Below, piece by piece: positions 28,580 to 36,717 of a stretch of 64,000 nt of DNA (positions are counted from its first letter, which is position 1; every line of letters begins with the position of its first letter). Both the position numbers and the translations under genes were made by a program. The notes under the pieces are model-generated. The model ran no database searches and had not been told where the DNA came from. It saw only the letters and a list, made by a program, of their open reading frames with translations. This stretch comes from an uncultured Chloracidobacterium sp. (GTDB lineage Bacteria > Acidobacteriota > Blastocatellia > Pyrinomonadales > Pyrinomonadaceae), in contig CAZSEL010000011.1 in assembly GCA_964605905.1 (NCBI GenBank), positions 36,019 through 100,018 on the forward strand, given 5' to 3'.

Positions 28580-28803
28580 TCCGCAAGCCTCCGCAAAACA
28601 TCTCGATCCTCGCGCATAACTTTCTCTGCGACCTCCATTTGTTTTGCAACTACGGGATCAAATGCGGTTAGTTCAAATCCGTTCGGCGTTTCAAATGCTA
28701 AAATAAAATCACCGTCTTCGAGCCGCAGTTTCTCCAACATCTCTTTGTTCATTATCACACCGGACGAATTGCCGATCTTTCGCACTTTTAATTTATACGT
28801 CAT
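28576..28803 (-). CDS. AbrB/MazE-fold antitoxin
   Basis: KLKVRKIGNSSGVIMNKEMLEKL. ATGA overlap with doc. Confidence 0.8.
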   Translation of the reverse strand: MTYKLKVRKIGNSSGVIMNKEMLEKLRLEDGDFILAFETPNGFELTAFDPVVAKQMEVAEKVMREDRDVLRRLAE

Positions 28804-28824
28804 AATCTAAACCTCAGCATAAAT

Positions 28825-28840
28825 TATAACGTATGTTATA
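28825..28840. promoter_or_regulatory. Perfect palindrome TATAAC-GTAT-GTTATA upstream of the antitoxin; candidate operator
   Basis: Lies 22 nt upstream of the antitoxin ATG. Type II TA operons are typically autoregulated. Confidence 0.4.
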
Positions 28841-28856
28841 ACATCGGTCAAATACG

Positions 28857-28899
28857 GAAAAAATCCGCGTACGTTCCCGAAACGATACGCGGATCTTTT
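28857..28899 (-). terminator. Intrinsic terminator for the 28921 gene
   Basis: ATCCGCGTA-N14-TACGCGGAT with a T6 run on the minus strand. Confidence 0.6.
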
Positions 28900-28920
28900 A
28901 AATCGTTTAACGCCTTTTGC

Positions 28921-29358
28921 CTATCTCGCCAAACGAAGCCTCAGTGTAGCATAAAGTTGAAAGTACAAACTAAAAATTGCCGAAACGATCAACAGCGTCA
29001 TCGGCATAAACCGTAGCCATTCCGGCAGAAGCACGCCGATGGATTGTTTCAGCATCAGGCCAAGCGTGATCCCAAATGCCACAATGACAAAACGGCCGGC
29101 GGCCCAACGACCAAATTCCGGCCTTTCACCCGCAAATGGGAGAAAATACGGCAACAGGCAGAAGGCAACCAGCGTTACACCGGCAAGCAGCCCGTCAAAG
29201 CCAAATGTAAGCCACGCCTGACCAAAATCTAGAGCCAGAAAGAAAAGTACGAAGGTCGTATCCAGGGCAAAAAATGACCCATCCGTAACTTTTTCCACAA
29301 CATTTGTTGGTGACACAAGCCGAACATCACCTGCGACAGCGAAACCTGAATTTTGCAT
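28921..29358 (-). CDS. Hypothetical 4-TM membrane protein
   Basis: 145 aa with four hydrophobic segments. Lies 23 nt downstream of the XRE gene. Confidence 0.6.
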   Translation of the reverse strand: MQNSGFAVAGDVRLVSPTNVVEKVTDGSFFALDTTFVLFFLALDFGQAWLTFGFDGLLAGVTLVAFCLLPYFLPFAGERPEFGRWAAGRFVIVAFGITLGLMLKQSIGVLLPEWLRFMPMTLLIVSAIFSLYFQLYATLRLRLAR

Positions 29359-29381
29359 GAAAACCTCGTTTTATCTTTCGA

Positions 29382-29804
29382 CTATTTCTTCTTGCCCGGA
29401 ATACTGAACTGCTTATAAGCGACGCGGAAAAGTTCCGACAGCGCCTTTGCCGTTTCCGGCGAAAGATTCTTATCAGCACGTAAATGAGCCTCTACGATCT
29501 CCGGAGTTGCCTCGTGCGGGTAATAAACAACCGGATCCACATTCGAGGCTCCGCCCTGTTTATTCATCACACGATCGATCGGCATATCGAGCCAACCGGT
29601 CAGCCGGGCGATGTTGTCCGCGTCCGGTTTCCCGGTTCCATTTTCGATCCGCGAAAGCGTTGATGCCGATACATTCGTTACATCGGCAACGTCTCGCAGG
29701 CTTAAGCTCAGTTCTTCCCGGCGGCGTTTGATCGCCCTGCCGAGTTCCACAGTGTTTACATAATTGTCAGTTTTGAACGCCATAATTTTCGTTTTTGCCT
29801 CCAT
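29382..29804 (-). CDS. XRE-family HTH regulator
   Basis: LSLRDVADVTNVSASTLSRIENGTGKPD. Confidence 0.8.
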   Translation of the reverse strand: MEAKTKIMAFKTDNYVNTVELGRAIKRRREELSLSLRDVADVTNVSASTLSRIENGTGKPDADNIARLTGWLDMPIDRVMNKQGGASNVDPVVYYPHEATPEIVEAHLRADKNLSPETAKALSELFRVAYKQFSIPGKKK

Positions 29805-30089
29805 GAGTCGTGAGTGTCATAGCTGCACTACGCATTTCATGTATTAAACATAGCACGCAAACATTTTAAATGCAACACCAAATTTCACACTTGCAACAAA
29901 TAATTTGATGTGATACGATGTTTCATAGATGACACGATTGCGAGCGTCATCTTCATAGATATAAGGCTGAGTTGCTTTGCCTGAAAGCAGCGAACAGAAA
30001 CGTTGCCGTTCGAATAGATTCCGAGACAGGCGTCGGAAAACAACAGAAACGAACGGGCCGTTTAAGAGACATAAAAAGAGGAAACGAAA

Positions 30090-30782
30090 ATGAAAGTGCA
30101 AAACGAAAAGCAAAACGTGAGTTTGGAACAACCGGCGATATTCGACACAGATCGAAACAATGTTTTCGATTTTACATCGACGCTAAAGGAGCTGAGTAAG
30201 AACGTCGAACCCGGAATGCTCCGTCACCGCGAGGGCTGGCGCGGTCGCGACGGGAAAACACGAACGGTCGAATATATCGAATGGCACACGGTCGCCGATA
30301 TTTTGGACAAGACCGCGCCGAACTGGGGCCACACAGTAAAGGATATTCGCCCGATCGGCGATTTTGTGATCGTCACGGTCGCTATCTCGATAGACGGCGT
30401 CACCCGCGAAGGCATCGGAACAGGTTCCGCACGAAGTGAAATGGGAATCAAGAAAGCCGAGCACGATGCCCTGAAACGAGCCGCGGTTAAATTCGGCATC
30501 GCACGCGATCTATATAAACGCGAGACTAGCGAAGTCGAAATGGATGCTGAAACCGTCGAGGTTCCGTCCGATCCGGTCGCGCGTTCGATCGCCGATCTGA
30601 TCACGACGAAACAGTTGGGAATGATCCGTGCCGTCGCCCGCGAACGCGGTGTCGATGCCGACGCCATTTGCAAAGACGTAATGAAATGCCGCGTCAGCGA
30701 ACTTTCGCGTGCAGCCGCCTCGTCGCTGATCGACCGGCTGCAAAATGAGCCGTCAGCGGTCCCGATGCGGATGGCGAGCTAA
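30090..30782 (+). CDS. Rad52/Rad22-family (DdrA-like) single-strand annealing protein with a helical C-terminal module
   Basis: AGAGGAAA Shine-Dalgarno. YIEWHTVADILDK..IDGVTREGIGTG..KKAEHDALKRAAVKFGIARDLY. C-terminus KQLGMIRAVARERGVD..ELSRAAASSLIDRL. Confidence 0.7.
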   Translation: MKVQNEKQNVSLEQPAIFDTDRNNVFDFTSTLKELSKNVEPGMLRHREGWRGRDGKTRTVEYIEWHTVADILDKTAPNWGHTVKDIRPIGDFVIVTVAISIDGVTREGIGTGSARSEMGIKKAEHDALKRAAVKFGIARDLYKRETSEVEMDAETVEVPSDPVARSIADLITTKQLGMIRAVARERGVDADAICKDVMKCRVSELSRAAASSLIDRLQNEPSAVPMRMAS

Positions 30783-30807
30783 CAGTTTTCTCCCACGCTG
30801 CCAAAAG

Positions 30808-30878
30808 GTTTTGAGTTGCGCGTCGGCCGTCCTGTCTTGACCCTACGGCCGGAAATTCCACTTCGCGCAACTCAAAAC
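30808..30878 (+). other. 71-nt nested stem-loop (15-bp perfect outer stem)
   Basis: Outer stem GTTTTGAGTTGCGCG .. CGCGCAACTCAAAAC. Inner stem CGGCCGT..ACGGCCG. No T-run. Confidence 0.6.
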
Positions 30879-30950
30879 TTGCAACCACAAATTTACACAA
30901 TAAATCCTCTGTGATATTCTCGCTCCGAATTTCCATCATTTAACAAAACA

Positions 30951-31409
30951 ATGAGCGTAAACGAAAAACTATCAGGTCTCGCGGGCGATTGGAGCGGCAT
31001 CAACAAACTGAACCTTTCATGGATGCCCGACCCGATAAAGCAATGCGACTCAACCGCGACAGTTTCAACGCGCGTTAGCGATCAATGTCTTGAGATCGCA
31101 TACACCTGGGAATACGAGGGCGAGGCTCAGGAAGGTTTGATAGTTTTGTGCGGTGATGAAAGGTCCGACGCGATTAGAGCATTTTGGACGGATTCGTGGC
31201 ATTCGAAGAACGTACTGATGCCATGCGACGGACTCGTTTCGGCAAATGGCAGCGTTAATCTAAAGGGATTTTACGGCGTGCCCGACCATCCCGATTGGGG
31301 CTGGCGAACCGAGATCATTCCGGGCGAAAATAATTTCAAGTATCTGATGTTCAACGTCTCGCCCGAAGGCGTCGAGGAATGGGCAGTTGAAATGGAGTTT
31401 TCGAGGTAG
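30951..31409 (+). CDS. Hypothetical protein, DUF1579-like
   Basis: LAGDWSG..FWTDSWHS pattern. The family call is tentative. Confidence 0.55.
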   Translation: MSVNEKLSGLAGDWSGINKLNLSWMPDPIKQCDSTATVSTRVSDQCLEIAYTWEYEGEAQEGLIVLCGDERSDAIRAFWTDSWHSKNVLMPCDGLVSANGSVNLKGFYGVPDHPDWGWRTEIIPGENNFKYLMFNVSPEGVEEWAVEMEFSR

Positions 31410-31446
31410 AACAGGCTGTTAGCCTGTTCGCTCCGACAGACTAACG
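31409..31446. repeat. AACAGGCTG/CGACAGACTG double-hairpin REP family (second hairpin truncated)
   Basis: GAACAGGCTGTTAGCCTGTTC .. CGACAGACTAACG. Confidence 0.7.
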
Positions 31447-31525
31447 AAACGCAGTTGGGTGGCGACAAGCTCACGGCAGAAATGGATCGATTGCCGAGCA
31501 AGTGTGCAAGGAAGGTAGCTAATTG

Positions 31526-31936
31526 TTAGTTTTCTTGTTCAATCGGCGCGCCGAAAACAATGTCATAGCCATCAGGGTCAACGATTGAGAAGTCTCTAAT
31601 GCCATAATCCCTGTTAATCGGACCGTTTTCAAAAGATGGATGCATTTCTACTCCGGCTTCCCTGAATTCTTTCCAAAATGAGTCGATGGTTCCATACGTG
31701 CAATGGATATGAAGATCATAGCAAGCAAAACCATCCGCTTTAAGACGCGCAATTTGGTTCCGAAGATCAACCTCGCGTTGCTTTTGCGCAAGATAAACAT
31801 CGCATTCATCGCGGTTGAGAATCGAAAAGCCTCCTTCATCTCTGAAGACTTCGTGAAATCCGAGTTTGGCGGTATAGAACTGCACCGATGTATTCAGATC
31901 GGCAACTTGTAGCAATGGAGATATTCTTCTTAGCAC
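31526..31936 (-). CDS. VOC-family (glyoxalase/bleomycin-resistance-like) protein, GTG start
   Basis: LQVADLNTSVQFYTAKLGF..FSIVDPDGYDIVF. Confidence 0.8.
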   Translation of the reverse strand: MLRRISPLLQVADLNTSVQFYTAKLGFHEVFRDEGGFSILNRDECDVYLAQKQREVDLRNQIARLKADGFACYDLHIHCTYGTIDSFWKEFREAGVEMHPSFENGPINRDYGIRDFSIVDPDGYDIVFGAPIEQEN

Positions 31937-31958
31937 TGTGTCTTGTCCGTATTCGTAA

Positions 31959-33701
31959 CTATATCAAAAGATCTACAGTATGTCGTACATTTAAACTCCC
32001 CCTATTTCCTGAAAACTCCAGAGCGTCGGGGATCATCGCCGATTCGATCGTTCCGTTCATTTTATCGCCGTCAGCGATTCCGGCGATAATAAACTCGACT
32101 GACTGTCCCTGAATTTCGGTCGCGGCTGTTGCAGAAAGTTTGTTGCCGTTAACCTTGCCACCGCTGATCTCGCCCTCGCCGAGCATCGTATTAAGTTTTC
32201 CCGTAACCGAACTGCCGTCCTGCACCAGCAACATTTTTACTGAAACCTCGCTTCCCATAAAATTGAGAGCAAGCGTCCAGTCGCCCGCAACATTCGCGGG
32301 TTCCGCGTCGGCAGATTTTTCGTAATCTGACACGTCTTTTTGCCCTCCGTCCTTGTCGAATATCTCGACCGAACCGTCGGCATATTCACGCGCCTGTCCG
32401 AGTATCTCACCGGCATCGCCGACGACGACGATAGCAAGGTCGTCCGGATGAATATGCTCTTTCGCAACTCGCTGAACATCGTCAATCGAAACTGTTTTAA
32501 CGTGGTCGCGATAGGTTTGCAGGTAGTCATGCGGCAGGCCGTAGAGTTCTTGATTTACGATAAGATTCGTTAGGCCTTCCTGCGTTTCGGATCGGATCGG
32601 AAAGACGCCGGTTAGAAAGTTTTTCGCGTCGGCAAGTTCTTCATCCAGGACCTTTTCGTCGCGAATGAGGTTTAGTTCGTAGAAAAATTCCTTGAGCGAA
32701 TCGCCGGTAACGGCGGTGCGTACTTCGGCGGTCGCTTCGAAATCTCCGGCGAGCATTTTTGTATCGACGCGAGTGTACGCGCCATACGTATAGCCTTTTT
32801 CCTCGCGAAGATTCATAAACACACGCGACGACGCACCGGCACCGAGGACCTGATTCATTACTATCAGCGGAAAATAATCGGGGTGATCGCGTTTGACGGC
32901 CTTGTTTGCGAGGACAATATTGGACTGCGCCGAGCCCGGACGGTCGACTATGGTCAGCGATCTGCCGATAATATCCGGCACCGCGGGAAGTTCGTGAGCG
33001 TGACGGTCGCCCGGCGACCAGTCGCCGAAATGTTCATCTATCTCAAGGAGCAGTTCGTCTTTACGCACGTTGCCGACGGCGATGAAGACGGCGTTGTTGG
33101 GCAGAAACGCGGTGCGTCGAGCGTGTTCGAGCTGTTCGCGCGTGAGCTTTTCGATGTCGCTCGATTTTGGCGCGGTGATGCCATACGGATGTTTGCCGTA
33201 GAGCAAACGGCCGACCTGTTCGTTCGCAAGAAAGTTTGGCTGTGAGCGGTTGTATTTCAGGTTCTCGATCGTGTTCCGACGATAAAGATCAAGCTCGCTT
33301 TCCGGGAAAGCCGGCTTAAAGACGATCTCGGCCATCATCTGTAAGATGTCGGAAGCGTAGATGGTCAACGCGGAACCGGAGACGATCGTAAAATCGTCCG
33401 ACGAACTCGCGTGCAAACCCGCGCCCAGACGTTCGATCTTTTCGGCGAGTTCCCTGCTCGAATAGCTTTCGGTTCCCTCGGTCAGCATCGAGGTCATGGC
33501 GGAAGTCAGCCCGACGTTGTCCGCCGGGTCGTTTGCATCGCCGGAAAGAAAAGCGAGCCGGTACGAAACCAGCGGCAAACGCTCGTCGTCAAAGATAACC
33601 ACGCGAAGCCCGTTGGCCAATGTTGTTCTAAACGCGGGAGGAATATTAAACGGCACCGGCTCAAGCGGCCCGGGTGCGGTCTTTCTGATTGCTTGTGTCA
33701 T
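31959..33701 (-). CDS. M16-family peptidase, non-catalytic type (no HxxEH), with an extra C-terminal domain
   Basis: GLTSAMTSMLTEGT sits in place of HxxEH. M16 C-terminal-like regions are present. Confidence 0.8.
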   Translation of the reverse strand: MTQAIRKTAPGPLEPVPFNIPPAFRTTLANGLRVVIFDDERLPLVSYRLAFLSGDANDPADNVGLTSAMTSMLTEGTESYSSRELAEKIERLGAGLHASSSDDFTIVSGSALTIYASDILQMMAEIVFKPAFPESELDLYRRNTIENLKYNRSQPNFLANEQVGRLLYGKHPYGITAPKSSDIEKLTREQLEHARRTAFLPNNAVFIAVGNVRKDELLLEIDEHFGDWSPGDRHAHELPAVPDIIGRSLTIVDRPGSAQSNIVLANKAVKRDHPDYFPLIVMNQVLGAGASSRVFMNLREEKGYTYGAYTRVDTKMLAGDFEATAEVRTAVTGDSLKEFFYELNLIRDEKVLDEELADAKNFLTGVFPIRSETQEGLTNLIVNQELYGLPHDYLQTYRDHVKTVSIDDVQRVAKEHIHPDDLAIVVVGDAGEILGQAREYADGSVEIFDKDGGQKDVSDYEKSADAEPANVAGDWTLALNFMGSEVSVKMLLVQDGSSVTGKLNTMLGEGEISGGKVNGNKLSATAATEIQGQSVEFIIAGIADGDKMNGTIESAMIPDALEFSGNRGSLNVRHTVDLLI

Positions 33702-33717
33702 AAAAAAATATAAAAAA

Positions 33718-34205
33718 GTGAGAAATGAGAGATGAGAAATGAGAACTCGGCTTTCACTGTCAGTTCTAAAATGTTCGTCCCCGGCTTCTCATCTTTTAGA
33801 TTTCGAAGTCTTTATCGCCGCGACGAGCATGCGTTGGAGTTCATCACAATCACTTAGGAGTGATTCGGCTTGTGCCTTTGTCAGTATCTTGCTGTCGCGA
33901 AATAATCGAAGCCAATAATGAGTTTCAAAGGCTTCCTTATTTGCGATCGAGAGCTTATGAATAAAATCTGAAGTAGATTCTCCCTGAAACGCTTCTTCGA
34001 TATTTGCTCCGATTGAGGTACCGGAACGGAGAACCTGTTTCGAGAGCACATATTCTTTCTGTTCGCGGACGAGATACTGAAATAGCTGCACGATCCTCAA
34101 CGCAAACGCATACGACTTGTCTTTCAAAATACTATTCTTCATGGGCTTTCATTATTCTTCTCACTTCTCATCTTCACTTCTCATTTCTCATCTATCATTT
34201 CTCAC
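33718..34205 (-). mobile_element. 488-bp single-ORF cassette bounded by 28-nt terminal inverted repeats (27/28 match)
   Basis: 33718-33745 GTGAGAAATGAGAGATGAGAAATGAGAA. The reverse complement of 34178-34205 is GTGAGAAATGATAGATGAGAAATGAGAA. Confidence 0.5.
33789..34142 (-). CDS. Four-helix-bundle protein (23S rRNA intervening-sequence protein / Avd-like family)
   Basis: FALRIVQLFQYL..SGTSIGANIEEA..F..KL.IA.KEA.ET.YWL. Confidence 0.85.
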   Translation of the reverse strand: MKNSILKDKSYAFALRIVQLFQYLVREQKEYVLSKQVLRSGTSIGANIEEAFQGESTSDFIHKLSIANKEAFETHYWLRLFRDSKILTKAQAESLLSDCDELQRMLVAAIKTSKSKR

Positions 34206-35466
34206 TTATTACTTTTACATCCAGCAGCGAACGATTTTCGGTATTGAGAAAGTTCGCGACTACCGAGCGAATCTGTTCGGCTGTGACGGCGAGCAGCGTG
34301 TCGAGCTCGGTGTTTATCAGCGTCGCATCGCCGTCATATAGTGCAAACTCGGCGATCTGCTGGGCGCGGTTCATTGATGATTGCCGCATGCGGACGCCGT
34401 CGTTTATTAGTTGGTTCTGCAGCTTTTGCATCTCGTCGGCCGTGGGCCCGTTTGCGGTGATGTCCTCGATTTCGGCCATGATCGTCGCTCGAATTTTACT
34501 CAAGTCCTGATCGGGTTTGGGTATCGCACCTATATAAATGCTCGACGGGCCGCGGCGTTCGTCGGTAAAACCAAAAAGCTGCACGACCGATTCCTCACCC
34601 TTGACCAACTTTTGATAAAGCCTGGAACTCTCGCCGTCATAGAGCAGCTTCCCGGCCAAATAGAGCGCGTTAAATTCCGGCGAGCGGCGCGGAGGAGTTT
34701 TCCAGCCGAGCAGAAACGCCGGAAGCGGAGCGTGCGGATCGTCCCATTCTTTGAAATTTTCTCCGACCTCGGTTGGCTCGGCGACATTAATGGCCGCCGG
34801 TTTTGGCTGCGACACGATGTCGCCGAAATATGTCTCGACCAGTTCTTTCGCTTTCGCCGGATCGAACGAACCGGACAGCACCAGCACCGCATTATTGGGC
34901 GCGTAATAAACTCGAAAGAACTCCTGCACGTCCTCAACGGTCGCATCGTCGAGATCTTCCATCGAACCGATGGTCGAATGGGCGTTCGCAAAATTTTTAT
35001 AGATCATCGACGAGATCAGGTCGAATATCTGACCATAAGGCTGGTTGTCGTAACGCAGCCGCTTCTCTTCCTTGACGGCCTCACGCTGGTTGTCGAGATT
35101 TTCCTGCGTCACCGCGAGCGAACGCATGCGGTCCGATTCGAGCCACAACGCGAGCGGCAATTGATCGGCGGGCATCGTTTCGTAATAGTTCGTCCGCTCC
35201 GACGAAGTCGTGCCGTTCATCGTGCCGCCGGCCTTCATCACATACTGAAAATGCCCGGCCTTGGGCACATTCTCCGAGCCCTGAAACATCATGTGCTCAA
35301 ACAGATGCGCAAAACCCGTCCGCCCCTCGCGCTCATTCCGCGACCCGACGTCGTAATACACGGCCACAGCCACAACAGGCACCGCCGGGTCGAGATTCAG
35401 CACGACCCGCAACCCATTCCCCAGCACATATTCCTCAATACCCAACGGCGGAAGTTCAAATTTCAT
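34195..35466 (-). CDS. M16-family zinc peptidase (catalytic HxxEH)
   Basis: HLFEHMMFQG. ATG 35466 is preferred over the TTG at 35481. Confidence 0.9.
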   Translation of the reverse strand: MKFELPPLGIEEYVLGNGLRVVLNLDPAVPVVAVAVYYDVGSRNEREGRTGFAHLFEHMMFQGSENVPKAGHFQYVMKAGGTMNGTTSSERTNYYETMPADQLPLALWLESDRMRSLAVTQENLDNQREAVKEEKRLRYDNQPYGQIFDLISSMIYKNFANAHSTIGSMEDLDDATVEDVQEFFRVYYAPNNAVLVLSGSFDPAKAKELVETYFGDIVSQPKPAAINVAEPTEVGENFKEWDDPHAPLPAFLLGWKTPPRRSPEFNALYLAGKLLYDGESSRLYQKLVKGEESVVQLFGFTDERRGPSSIYIGAIPKPDQDLSKIRATIMAEIEDITANGPTADEMQKLQNQLINDGVRMRQSSMNRAQQIAEFALYDGDATLINTELDTLLAVTAEQIRSVVANFLNTENRSLLDVKVISEK

Positions 35467-35581
35467 ATAGCTAAAAACCAAAAGGTAAAAACTAAAAGTT
35501 ACTTACTCAAAACTCTAACAATTAACTGTATCAAAAAGCCTTTCACTATTCACTTTTAGCTATTAATTAATAGAATTCCCC

Positions 35582-35678
35582 CGCGGCTTGCCGCCTTCTT
35601 CCGCGCGGCTTGCCGCCATGTTGTGCGGAAAAGTTACTTTTCCGTAAGACAATAACTCTTCCGGGCTTGCCCGCGATC
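35582..35678. repeat. REP composite upstream of the RAYT gene
   Basis: GCGGCTTGCCGC, CGGAAAAGTTACTTTTCCG and GGGCTTGCCCGC hairpins. Confidence 0.85.
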
Positions 35679-35712
35679 ACAAATTTGTCTACAATCCACT
35701 TCATTTATTCTT

Positions 35713-36258
35713 ATGGCCTACATTTCAAAGGACACGCCGTGCTATTTCTTCACCTCGGTCACAAACTCGCGGCTACCCATCTTCCGCAGCGAAGAATTCA
35801 AACAAATACTCTGCACAGCGCTTAACGAAGCCCGACTATCCGGCAAATTCTCGATACACGCGTTCTGCATAATGCCCGATCACAGCCATATCGTTACAGG
35901 CGGCGAGCTGTTGCCGTCGAGCACGCTGCGATATTTGAACGGCATCACCGCACGGAGAATAGTAGACGCCCTGAAAGGTAACGCAAAGTATGAACCTTCT
36001 TTGCAAAAGCTAAGAGTGCAAGCTCGCGGAGAACATAAATACTCCGTTTGGCAGCATCATGCGAACACATACATCATCACGTCGGAAGGAATGATGATGC
36101 AAAAGGTGAACTACGTGCACAAAAACCCTGTCGAAGCCAGACTTGTAGAAGCGATGGAAGACTATCGCTTTTCAAGTGCTCGTTTTTGGTTAAGGAAAAC
36201 GCTTTTGGATGATGAGCCGCTTGAAGTAGATATAAAGAAGCTCAATTGGCGAAAATGA
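35713..36258 (+). CDS. REP-associated tyrosine transposase (RAYT, IS200-like Y1 HUH family)
   Basis: HUH motif MPDHSHIV and catalytic Tyr motif NYVHKNPVEARLV. Flanked by inverted REP composites. Confidence 0.85.
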   Translation: MAYISKDTPCYFFTSVTNSRLPIFRSEEFKQILCTALNEARLSGKFSIHAFCIMPDHSHIVTGGELLPSSTLRYLNGITARRIVDALKGNAKYEPSLQKLRVQARGEHKYSVWQHHANTYIITSEGMMMQKVNYVHKNPVEARLVEAMEDYRFSSARFWLRKTLLDDEPLEVDIKKLNWRK

Positions 36259-36669
36259 TCGCGGGCAAGCCCGCCAGAGTTTCAGGCCTTACGGAAAAGT
36301 AAACTTTTCCGCACAACATGGCGGCAAGCCGCAAGAAAGAGAGAATTATCTAAAAAGACTTGACGGCAAGCCGCAGGAGCAGACAAACATTTTTTCTTAT
36401 TGCGGCTTGCCGCCATGTTGTGCGGCGAAGCTTGCTTCGCCGTGCCGCCAACCAATCTTCCGGGCTTGCCCGCGATCCCTTCTAAGGACACGCAATGCTA
36501 GGTATTAAGAGGCTGGACTGGCGAAAATGATCGCGGGCAAGCCCGCCAGAGTTTTAACCCTTACGGAAAAGTAAACTTTTCCGCACAACATAGCGGCAAG
36601 CCGCAGGAAGAAAAGATGTTTGCTTACGGAAAAGTAAACTTTTCCGCACAACATAGCGGCAAGCCGCGG
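36257..36669. repeat. REP/REPIN cluster downstream of the RAYT gene, including a duplicated RAYT 3' end
   Basis: 36257-36332 is the inverted copy of 35603-35678. 36510-36605 repeats GGCGAAAATGATCGCGGGCAAGCCCGCCAGAG.. Confidence 0.85.
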
Positions 36670-36717
36670 GACGTGCTACAGAAAGTAGCAAAGAAAAGCT
36701 GTGAATGCGGCTTTGAG

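Noticed and set aside
33789-34142. Diversity-generating retroelement, suggested by the Avd-like protein
   Set aside because: There is no reverse transcriptase and no template/variable repeat pair nearby or anywhere in the window.
34411-35559. 382-aa plus-strand ORF, and similar long antisense ORFs at 432-1088, 4967-5719, 42717-43418 and 62692-63456
   Set aside because: Each lies fully antisense to a gene with clear family motifs (M16, kinase, FG-GAP, M28, prs). Their translations are Arg/His-rich low-complexity sequence with no recognisable motifs, so they are shadow ORFs.
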